A stretch of 63,693 bases of DNA from assembly GCA_900317295.1 (NCBI GenBank), contig ONGB01000001.1, positions 1 through 63,693 of the forward strand, given 5' to 3'. Positions 19,275 to 31,295 of the stretch are shown piece after piece. Positions within the stretch are counted from its first letter, which is position 1; each line of letters starts with the position of its first letter. Made by a program: the position numbers and the translations under genes. The DNA comes from an uncultured Erysipelotrichaceae bacterium (GTDB lineage: Bacteria > Bacillota_I > Bacilli_A > RFN20 > CAG-826). The notes under the pieces are model-generated. The model did no database searches. It was not told the origin of the DNA and was given only the letters and a program-made list of their open reading frames with translations.

Positions 19275-20098
19275 AAAAGCCCGTCTTATATGAACCGGGG
19301 AAGCCGATCAACCGCTTCCAGATGCTAGGGAACATCCTCCGTCGGCATTTAAGCGAAGTGATGCTCGTGAGCCTGTATTGTTTCCTTTTTTCCTTGCCTC
19401 TTTTGGGTTGGGTCATCTTCTCGATCAACGTGGATTTCCTCCGCCAGGATAACGCTTACGCCATCCTCATCGTCGATGGGGTGGGGGCGTTGCTGCTTGG
19501 TGTGCTTGGTTTATCTTTCGCCGGCGGGATGCTGTTCTTCAAGAAACTGATCTTTGGCGAAGGAGCCTCCCTGAAAGAGGATTTCGCCCAGGGCATCCGC
19601 CGCAATGGGGGGCTCTTCTTCCTGATCTTCCTCGTCGTGGGGGCGCTTTATCTATTGCTCCATCTAGGACTAGGCATCACCGCGGGGATGGAAATCGATG
19701 GGGCGTGGAAAAGCGTGTTGGCTGGGGTGGAATATGCGGTGTTCTTCCTACTTTGCTTCGTGCATCTATTCATGCTGAGCGAAGCCACGATGTTCGAAGG
19801 CGGGTATTTCTCCTTATTGGCCTCTAGTTTTCGCCTATGCTTCGCCTCGTTATTGAAGGGATTGCCCATCTATTTGATGGTGATGCTCCCGTTATTGCTA
19901 TTCGAGTTCCTGCCCTTCCCGTATTTCAATCTCGCCGGGGTGCTCGTAGGGGCTTTCTTCCATTTTGGTTTTTCCTTGGCTTGCCTGACCTTATTCTGCA
20001 ATCACGTCTATGACCGCAGCGTATTCAAAACCCAATATCCGGAACTCTACCGCAAGGGGCTGGCGAAAGAAGTGGGGGAAGGTGAAAAACCCCTCTGA
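19271..20098 (+). CDS. polytopic membrane protein, possibly YesL/DUF624-like
   Basis: Five or six TM segments. Its position at the end of a sugar ABC operon is typical of YesL-family genes. The family call is by resemblance only. Confidence 0.5.
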   Translation: MKKPVLYEPGKPINRFQMLGNILRRHLSEVMLVSLYCFLFSLPLLGWVIFSINVDFLRQDNAYAILIVDGVGALLLGVLGLSFAGGMLFFKKLIFGEGASLKEDFAQGIRRNGGLFFLIFLVVGALYLLLHLGLGITAGMEIDGAWKSVLAGVEYAVFFLLCFVHLFMLSEATMFEGGYFSLLASSFRLCFASLLKGLPIYLMVMLPLLLFEFLPFPYFNLAGVLVGAFFHFGFSLACLTLFCNHVYDRSVFKTQYPELYRKGLAKEVGEGEKPL

Positions 20099-20107
20099 CG
20101 CATTATG

Positions 20108-20136
20108 TTGACGAAGGAAGCTATGCTTCCTATAAT
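20108..20136 (+). promoter_or_regulatory. near-consensus sigma70 promoter TTGACG-17-TATAAT
   Basis: Hexamers and exact 17-nt spacing read directly. Confidence 0.7.
20116..20130. promoter_or_regulatory. inverted repeat GGAAGC-TAT-GCTTCC inside the promoter spacer
   Basis: Perfect 6-bp arms. Its half-site resembles the GGAAGCGCTTTC element at 243..254. Confidence 0.4.
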
Positions 20137-20141
20137 AGTTT

Positions 20142-20157
20142 AGGAAACCGATTTCCT
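20142..20157. promoter_or_regulatory. LacI-family operator candidate, copy 3 (AGGAAACCGATTTCCT; 18-bp dyad with flanking T/A)
   Basis: Identical 16-mer, 5 nt downstream of the -10 and 14 nt upstream of the ATG at 20172. Confidence 0.65.
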
Positions 20158-20171
20158 AGGAAAGGGCAAAT

Positions 20172-23100
20172 ATGGGAAATTATCGTTATGAGGCGGGTCG
20201 CTTCGTCATCCGCGATTATCAAAACCAAAAGACTTTCGCATCCTTCTTGCCGGCGCTTGCGGGCGAGCAAGGAAAACCCCTTTGGGCGTTCTATGCCAAC
20301 GTCGGCCAGGCGATGGGCGGCTTTGGCATTTCCTCCAAAGAGACGCCGATCACCCCTTTCGATTCCGCGAATCTCGCCTACGCCAACATTCCCTTAAAGG
20401 GTTTCCGCACCTTCGCTAAAGTCGACGGGGCTTATTTGGAACCTTTCCTCCGCCAAAGAAAAGCCAAACGGGAGATGAGCCTTTCCCAAAGCGACGTCGA
20501 GATCTATGAAGAAAACGATTCCTTCTCCATGAAGGTCGCCTATTACGGCATCCCTTCCCGTTCCTATGCTGGGCTAGTCCGCGAAGTGACTTTCGTCAAC
20601 CGCGCTGATCACGCGATCGAACTCGAATTCATCGACGGGCTTCCCGTTTTCTTCCCCCATGGGCTAAGCAATTTCTGCTACAAGGAGCTCGTCTCTTTGA
20701 TGGCTGCCTACTGCGAAGTCCATCGTTTGGAAGAGAAGACCCCATTCGTCAAATTCAAGACCTCGACCGGCGACCATGCCCAAGTCGAAGAGGCGAAAGA
20801 GGGCAACGGTTTCTTCGCGATCGATCAAAACGGCGATCTCCTTTCCCCGATCGTCGACCCGGAAATCGTCTTCGCCCACGATGCGACCAATCTTCTCCCG
20901 GAAGGCTATTTGGACGCCTCTTTAGAAGAAACGCTTGGGAAATCGCAGCAAATTGAAAACAAATTGCCCTGCGCCTTCCTCGCGAAAAAGTTGTGCCTCG
21001 CCCCGGGCGAATCCTATTCCTATGCCGCGGTATTCGGTCATTGGGAATCCCTCCAAGAATACCTAGACGCGCTTGAAGGGCTTTCCTTTGAGACGATTCG
21101 CGGGTTCCGCAAGGAGAATGAGGAATTACTTTCCTCCCTCCTCTCTCCGGCCACTTCGGAAACGGCTTATCCCTTGTTCGATGCATGCTTGAAGCAAAGC
21201 TATCTCGACAATAACCTCCGCGGTGGTTTCCCGACTTTGCTAGGCAACCAAGTCTATTACCTCTATGGCAGGAAGCACGGCGATATGGAACGCGACTATA
21301 ACGCCTTCGATATCCCGTCTTGCTATTACTCCTCCGGCCCCGGGAACTTCCGCGACGTCAACCAGAATCGGAGGAACGATCTCTTCTTCGCCCCCTTCGT
21401 CAAGGACTACAACATCAAGACGTTCTTCTCTCTCCTCCAAATCGACGGGCAGAACCCATTGACGGTCAAACCGAACTCCTTCTCCGCGCCGGAAAAGGTC
21501 ATCGATTCCTTGCCTTCTGGAATGGTCAAAGACAAAGCCGCTTTGGCCAAATTGCTGAACGATTTCTGCCCCACGGACTTATACTCGTTATTGCGCGATC
21601 AATGGCAATTAGAGAAAAAAGAAGCGGATTTTGCATTCAAAACGATCCTCAACGCCGCTTCTCAGCACGTCGAAGCCTGCTTCGGCGAAGGCTACTGGGT
21701 TGACCATTGGACCTATAACGTCGATCTATTAGAAAACTATTCTTCCATCTACCCCGATCAAGAGGAAAACCTCTTCTTCGGATCCGATTATCCCTATTTT
21801 CATTCCCCGGTCTATGTGCAGCCGCGGACGGAGAAATATTGCCTCGTCGAAGAAGGCAAAGTCCGTCAATATGGGGCGATCGACCTCAAGGGTTTGAAGG
21901 AAGAATGCGAACGCGAGGGCATCGACATCCGCAAGACCGATTGGCTCCGCGACGAAAAAGGGAACATCATCCACACGAACCTCGCCGGGAAGATCCTTCA
22001 CACCATCTATGTGAAGTTCTCCACCCTCGATAGCCTCCAGATGGGCATCGAGATGGAATGCGAGAAGCCGGGTTGGAATGACGCGATGAACGGCCTCCCC
22101 GGATTATTCGCTTCCGGGTTATCCGAAAGCATCGAATTGCTGCGCCTCCTCCGTTACGCGAAGGCCCATTTGGCGCCTTTTGGCGGACGTTCCCTCACCT
22201 TGATGCGTGGCCAAGCGGAATTCTTCCGCGGGCTAGAAGAGGCGATTAAGGAGTTCGAATGCAAGAAGCTGACCCGTTTCGCTTATTGGGACAAGGCGAC
22301 TTCCTTAAGGGAAGCCCTCCGACTCCGTTATCGCCGCCAGGGCGAAGCGGAAATGGTCTCCTTCCCCTTGTCCGAGGCTTTGGATTGCCTAAGCAAGATG
22401 GAAGCCATCCTCGTCGACGGCATCGTTCGCGCGAAAGAAGCGGGGCAGGGCATCCTTCCCTCCTATTTGATCTACCGTTTGGAGAAATACGAGAAGACCG
22501 GCCACATCAACCATTTGGGTTATGAGACCGTCAAGCCGTTTTCTTTCGTCTTAGAAACGATCCCCCCGTTCCTCGAAGCCAGCGCACGGGCTTTGAAGCT
22601 CGGCGATGAATTCCTTAAGGAAAAGGATTTGGACGCGATCAAAGCCACCTCGCTTTATGACGACAAACTCCATTTCTATAAGACCTGCGGCGACATCGAT
22701 GACGCCCCCTTCGAAATCGGGCGCGTCCACGCCTTCACCAAGGGCTGGCTGGAGAGGGAATGCAACTTCCTCCATATGGATTACAAGTTCCTTCTCGGCT
22801 TGCTAAAAGGTGGCTTCCTCGATCGCTTCTATGACGAAGTGAAGACCAACTGGACCCTGCATCTAGACCCCGAAGTCTATGGCAGGAACCCCGTGGAAGC
22901 GAGCAGCTTCATCGTCCCGACCTGCAACCCCGACGCGAGCAAGCATGGGCGCGGCTATTTCGCCAGGCTCACCGGGGCGAACGCGGAATTTCTCAACATG
23001 TTCGTGTTGCTTTTCGCCGGGGAACGCCTCTTCTCTTATGAAAACGGCGAACTGAAGTTCCATCTCCGCCCATTGCTTTCCTCCGCCTTCTTCGACGCGG

Positions 23101-23291
23101 AAGGCAAGGCGAGCTTCACCTTGTTCGGAAAAACGAAAGTCACCTACGTCAATCCTTCTAGGAAAGACCTGAAGGGCAATGAAACGCTTCGATACACCAT
23201 CGAAGGGAAAACTTATGAAACCGTGGGGGGCAAAACCGCGGAAGATATCCGCGAAGGCCGAATCAAAGAAATCATCGTGGAGGTTCTCTGA
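20172..23291 (+). CDS. cytoplasmic GH94-clan glycoside phosphorylase-like protein; candidate beta-1,3-(oligo)glucan phosphorylase (GH149/GH161-like)
   Basis: 1039 aa with no signal peptide. FRDVNQNRRND (about 21348..21380) and KPGWNDAMNGL (about 22070..22096) resemble the RDxxQD and DWNDxxN motifs of GH94-type phosphorylases. Lies in a beta-1,3-glucanase locus. Confidence 0.55.
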   Translation: MGNYRYEAGRFVIRDYQNQKTFASFLPALAGEQGKPLWAFYANVGQAMGGFGISSKETPITPFDSANLAYANIPLKGFRTFAKVDGAYLEPFLRQRKAKREMSLSQSDVEIYEENDSFSMKVAYYGIPSRSYAGLVREVTFVNRADHAIELEFIDGLPVFFPHGLSNFCYKELVSLMAAYCEVHRLEEKTPFVKFKTSTGDHAQVEEAKEGNGFFAIDQNGDLLSPIVDPEIVFAHDATNLLPEGYLDASLEETLGKSQQIENKLPCAFLAKKLCLAPGESYSYAAVFGHWESLQEYLDALEGLSFETIRGFRKENEELLSSLLSPATSETAYPLFDACLKQSYLDNNLRGGFPTLLGNQVYYLYGRKHGDMERDYNAFDIPSCYYSSGPGNFRDVNQNRRNDLFFAPFVKDYNIKTFFSLLQIDGQNPLTVKPNSFSAPEKVIDSLPSGMVKDKAALAKLLNDFCPTDLYSLLRDQWQLEKKEADFAFKTILNAASQHVEACFGEGYWVDHWTYNVDLLENYSSIYPDQEENLFFGSDYPYFHSPVYVQPRTEKYCLVEEGKVRQYGAIDLKGLKEECEREGIDIRKTDWLRDEKGNIIHTNLAGKILHTIYVKFSTLDSLQMGIEMECEKPGWNDAMNGLPGLFASGLSESIELLRLLRYAKAHLAPFGGRSLTLMRGQAEFFRGLEEAIKEFECKKLTRFAYWDKATSLREALRLRYRRQGEAEMVSFPLSEALDCLSKMEAILVDGIVRAKEAGQGILPSYLIYRLEKYEKTGHINHLGYETVKPFSFVLETIPPFLEASARALKLGDEFLKEKDLDAIKATSLYDDKLHFYKTCGDIDDAPFEIGRVHAFTKGWLERECNFLHMDYKFLLGLLKGGFLDRFYDEVKTNWTLHLDPEVYGRNPVEASSFIVPTCNPDASKHGRGYFARLTGANAEFLNMFVLLFAGERLFSYENGELKFHLRPLLSSAFFDAEGKASFTLFGKTKVTYVNPSRKDLKGNETLRYTIEGKTYETVGGKTAEDIREGRIKEIIVEVL

Positions 23292-23292
23292 T

Positions 23293-24267
23293 ATGAAGAA
23301 ATTCACCCCCCTGCCTTTGGTGATCATGCTCGCGGGCTTAGCCGGCTGCAGCGCCTCGATCATCAATCCGGACTCGAAAAAAGATAGCTCCGTGCCCACC
23401 TCGGAAAGCGAAAGCGGCGACCCCTTGCATTCGTCTTCCGAAACTTCTTCGGAATCTGCCTCGACTTCTTCCGGCACCTCCGATACCTCCGCCTCGACCA
23501 GCTCTGGCGGAGAAACGGGCTGGAATTTGTGGTGGAGTGATGAGTTCGACGGCACCTCGCTCAATAAGTCGAATTGGGAACCCCAAATCGGGGACGGCTC
23601 CAACTATGGGGTCTACCAATGGGGCAATGGCGAAGCGGAGTATTACCGCGAAGAGAACGCCACGGTCGCCGACGGCGTCCTCACCATCACCGCGAAGAAG
23701 GAATCCTTCAGTGGCTATAACTACACCTCCGCAAGGATCCGGACCAAAGGGAAGGTCAAGACCACCTATGGCCGTTTCGAGGCGAGGATGAAGCTCCCTA
23801 ACGTTGCCGGATGCTGGCCCGCCTTCTGGATGCTTCCGGAAAGCAATTACCAAGGCCAAGGTTGGCCCTATAGCGGCGAGATCGACATCATGGAGAACAA
23901 AGGCCGCCAAGCCAAAACCACCAGCGGCGCCCTCCATTATTCCGATAATGGGGGACATACCTATCGCACCAACACTGCTACTTTGACCTCCTCGATCGCC
24001 GAATGGCATGTCTATGCCTTGGAATGGTCTTCCGAAGGGATGAAGTGGTTCGTCGACGGGAAGCAGTTCCTCATGGCCAAGAAAGAATATTGGCATCCTC
24101 AGGGCAGCGTCTATCCGACCGATGACGACGCCCCCTTCAACCAGGACTTCCATATTCTCATCAACCTCGCCATCGGCGGGCACTTCGATAACTATACCTT
24201 GCCCCCGGACAACATGATGCCCGCGGAGATGAAGGTCGATTACGTCCGCATCTACAAAGCCGCCTAA
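23293..24267 (+). CDS. lipoprotein GH16 beta-glucanase (laminarinase-type) with S/T/E linker
   Basis: Signal [38 protein letters not shown] and GEIDIMEN (23875..23898). The ATG at 23293 lies 1 nt after the upstream stop. Confidence 0.85.
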   Translation: MKKFTPLPLVIMLAGLAGCSASIINPDSKKDSSVPTSESESGDPLHSSSETSSESASTSSGTSDTSASTSSGGETGWNLWWSDEFDGTSLNKSNWEPQIGDGSNYGVYQWGNGEAEYYREENATVADGVLTITAKKESFSGYNYTSARIRTKGKVKTTYGRFEARMKLPNVAGCWPAFWMLPESNYQGQGWPYSGEIDIMENKGRQAKTTSGALHYSDNGGHTYRTNTATLTSSIAEWHVYALEWSSEGMKWFVDGKQFLMAKKEYWHPQGSVYPTDDDAPFNQDFHILINLAIGGHFDNYTLPPDNMMPAEMKVDYVRIYKAA

Positions 24268-24275
24268 GGCAAGAA

Positions 24276-24305
24276 AAAAGATCCTCGGGGAACCGAGGAT
24301 CTTTT
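24276..24305. terminator. bidirectional rho-independent terminator
   Basis: aaaagatcctcgg-ggaa-ccgaggatctttt between convergent genes. A-run and T-run flank the stem. Confidence 0.8.
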
Positions 24306-24332
24306 CATTAACCCTATGAAATCGCGGCTCTT

Positions 24333-25010
24333 TTATTCCGTGGGAGGCGCTGGGTTGTTGTTTTTGATGTCGATGTCTTTGTTGGCTTTGAAGCCCTCAA
24401 GGCTCTTCTCAAAGATGTCGTTGGAGCGGTAGATGATCATGATGAACCTGGCGATGTAGGCCTGGCAGACGACCGCGTAATAGATCCAGCTCGCCAAGAA
24501 GAGGAAGACCTCGATATAGGCGGGGATATGCTCCACGCGGAAAGTCGGGGCGGCGGATACGGAGGGGAAGCGGGCAAGAAGCGACATCCCGAAGACTTTG
24601 ACGAAGACCGGATCTTCCGGCGTGCCTTTCCAATCGAAGTGGAAGAAGAGCTCGGACCAGACGACGAAGATGTTCTCTCCCCATCTGCCGGAAGCGATGT
24701 TGGAGATGATCCAGATCAATAACCCGAGGATTCCGATGCCGAAGGGGATCAAGGAAGAACGGAAGAGGATGCGGTTGTTCTTCTTAAAGCCAAGCGCGCG
24801 GAATTCTTTTGGGGTGGCGACAACATGGGTGACGGCGACGTCATGCATGAAGGCATCCGCCCGTTTGCTTTGATATAGCATCGTGTGGCGGATGGCGATG
24901 CCGATGAGGGCGGCCAAAAGGAACGCGATCAAAATGATGATCAAAGCGATCACGAGGACACGGCGATCGGTGTCCGACAAAGAAATCGAGGCCAAAACGA
25001 AGGGATTCAT
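24333..25010 (-). CDS. hypothetical polytopic membrane protein
   Basis: About four TM segments. Its start overlaps the stop of the upstream gene (25007..25010). Confidence 0.6.
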   Translation of the reverse strand: MNPFVLASISLSDTDRRVLVIALIIILIAFLLAALIGIAIRHTMLYQSKRADAFMHDVAVTHVVATPKEFRALGFKKNNRILFRSSLIPFGIGILGLLIWIISNIASGRWGENIFVVWSELFFHFDWKGTPEDPVFVKVFGMSLLARFPSVSAAPTFRVEHIPAYIEVFLFLASWIYYAVVCQAYIARFIMIIYRSNDIFEKSLEGFKANKDIDIKNNNPAPPTE

Positions 25011-25585
25011 TCTTCGTCTCCTTCATCCGAGGGCGGGAAGCTTAATAGCGGAGGTTCCTTAGGCGTTTCCTCTTGTACATTCACGACCGGGATCTCCGCA
25101 GGGGTTTGCTGCGGTGGGATCTGCGGTTGCTGTTGCGGATAAGGCTGTCCGGCGGCGTGCTGAGGGATATAGCCTTGTTGTTGCGGATAGGGTGGTTGCT
25201 GCATCTGCTGATACGGGGGCTGCTGGGGATAACCCTGTTGCTGGGGATAACCCTGTTGCTGGGAATAGCCCTGCGGCTGCCCATAGGCGTTGGGGTTCGG
25301 GTAATAGTTCTGATTGATGATGACCGTCTGCGGCTGCGGGGGTTGCGGCTCTTCGGGGGTTTCTTCTTCCTCCAAAGCGGCGTTTTTGAGGATGGCGTAG
25401 GCTTTTTCGTCCTCGGGGAAAGGCGGGAAAAGCTTCTTCCCTTGGAAGAAATGGATGATCATCAAAATGAGTTCGACGAAGAAAACGGGGATGCCGAAGA
25501 TCGCCACCAAAGCGATGCCAAGCAAAAGGAAGGGCGAGAGGATCACCCAGACGATACCAAGTCCAAATTCCTTCAGTGCCTTCAT
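25007..25585 (-). CDS. membrane protein with Q/P/Y/G-rich low-complexity C-terminal tail
   Basis: Two N-terminal TM segments, then ...GYSQQQGYPQQQGYPQQPPYQQMQQPPYPQQQGY... 4-nt overlaps with both neighbours. Confidence 0.6.
   Translation of the reverse strand: MKALKEFGLGIVWVILSPFLLLGIALVAIFGIPVFFVELILMIIHFFQGKKLFPPFPEDEKAYAILKNAALEEEETPEEPQPPQPQTVIINQNYYPNPNAYGQPQGYSQQQGYPQQQGYPQQPPYQQMQQPPYPQQQGYIPQHAAGQPYPQQQPQIPPQQTPAEIPVVNVQEETPKEPPLLSFPPSDEGDEE
25223..25276. repeat. 3 x 18-nt tandem repeat (CTGGGGATAACCCTGTTG, third copy degenerate) encoding the QQGYPQ units on the minus strand
   Basis: Two exact adjacent copies at 25223..25240 and 25241..25258, plus a diverged third copy. Confidence 0.7.
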
Positions 25586-26499
25586 TGCGGGTTAATTCTA
25601 TGCTCGGGAGCCTTTTTCATCAATCTATCGCTTAGGAAAGAACATAGCAGAAGCGGCAGGGCGAATAGGCCCGTCAAAGCGAGCCCCGTATCGGCGGGGC
25701 AAAGGGAATAAAGCAAAGCAAATAGCATGATGATGAGCAGCACCCCGCCCCCCAAGATGAAATATAGATACGCCCTCGCGTAAGGGAAGGCGGTGACCGC
25801 GATGGCGATCGACCAGTATAAGAAGCAACCCAAGGCGAAATAGCCTAGGGTCGGGGCAAACCACACCAAGGAAAAGGTCAGCGCCCCGAAAAGCAAGGCG
25901 ATCGCATAATCGGCCCACCGCGGCAAGGAGGCTTCTTCGTTAGGCACGCGAAGACGGGTGAAAACTAGACGCAAGAAGAGATCCGTCAATACCATTTGAG
26001 CCAAGGAATAGGCGAGGCAGAATAATGGAAACACGTGGGACGTGTATTCGTTTTCCGCCTTTCCGACCGCAGAAAGCAGTAAGGAAAACACGTCTATTTC
26101 ATAAATGAGTTTCAACAAATACAAAGACAATGTGAACAAGAGGAATTGCAACAAAGACACCCCGAAGAGGAGATAACTGCTCGGCGTCCGTTTCCTAAAA
26201 AGGAACCCATATAAACCCCCAACGATCAAAGAGGGCAAAACATAGAACAAAGTCGCTTGGAAATTCCATGCAGAGGAGGCCATGCAGACGCCGAAGGTCG
26301 AAAGCACGAAAATCGGGATCCATTGGCCAGGGCAAAGCAAGGCGATCAGCGCGCTAGAGGCGGGGATCAAAAGCAGCAAGAAGATGGTGCTTCCCGGGAA
26401 GAAGGCCGCGAACAACGCCAAAACGGCATCGAGGGCCGCGAAGATGGCCATGAAGGCGATGATTTCCACGGGGCGTTGCCGGAAGCGAAAAAAGTGCAT
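25582..26499 (-). CDS. hypothetical polytopic membrane protein (~8-9 TM)
   Basis: Highly hydrophobic 305-aa ORF. First gene of a three-gene overlapping set, divergent from pcrA. Confidence 0.6.
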   Translation of the reverse strand: MHFFRFRQRPVEIIAFMAIFAALDAVLALFAAFFPGSTIFLLLLIPASSALIALLCPGQWIPIFVLSTFGVCMASSAWNFQATLFYVLPSLIVGGLYGFLFRKRTPSSYLLFGVSLLQFLLFTLSLYLLKLIYEIDVFSLLLSAVGKAENEYTSHVFPLFCLAYSLAQMVLTDLFLRLVFTRLRVPNEEASLPRWADYAIALLFGALTFSLVWFAPTLGYFALGCFLYWSIAIAVTAFPYARAYLYFILGGGVLLIIMLFALLYSLCPADTGLALTGLFALPLLLCSFLSDRLMKKAPEHRINPQ

Positions 26500-26617
26500 G
26501 GCTTATTTTAGCAAAACATCGAAAGGGAGATAGCGGGGGAACGCTTTTTGGGACACCGTCAAAAAACCTTCGCTTCCTTATTAAAGGAAAAGGGAGGAGG
26601 GAGTAGAATATACGGGC

Positions 26618-30900
<4,283 letters not shown>

Positions 30901-30998
30901 TCTTTTTCTCCAAAAGTGTTCCGCGCGTGTTTTTCATGCGCCTATTTTCGCCCGACCCGTGTATACTAGTTTGCGAAACGAGGAAATTTGGTGCCCCT

Positions 30999-31295
30999 AT
31001 GAAAGAAATCAATCTCTCTGTGCTCCACGATGCCGCGTCCCGACTGCTCTTTGATATGTCCGATGAGGAATATCAGACCCTGTTAGAGGAATTCGGCATC
31101 CTCACGAAGCAAATGGACACGATCGGGAAAATCGATGGCTTGGAATCCTTTGAGCCGATGACTTTCCCCTTCGAATGCTCGGTGACGTATCTGCGCGAAG
31201 ACGTCGCCGTCGAACCCTTGCCCCGCGATTTGGCTTTGGCCAACGCCGGAAGCAAGCAGGATAACGAAATCAAACTCCCGAAGGTGGTCTTATGA
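30999..31295 (+). CDS. gatC: Asp/Glu-tRNA(Asn/Gln) amidotransferase subunit C
   Basis: About 98 aa, immediately upstream of and overlapping gatA. The ATG at 30999 gives a typical GatC length; the 30927 start in the ORF track looks like an extension. Confidence 0.8.
   Translation: MKEINLSVLHDAASRLLFDMSDEEYQTLLEEFGILTKQMDTIGKIDGLESFEPMTFPFECSVTYLREDVAVEPLPRDLALANAGSKQDNEIKLPKVVL

Noticed and set aside
20116-20130. Calling GGAAGC-TAT-GCTTCC a CcpA cre site like the other two upstream palindromes.
   Set aside because: It lacks the invariant central CG and has a 3-nt spacer. It is reported only as an unassigned inverted repeat.
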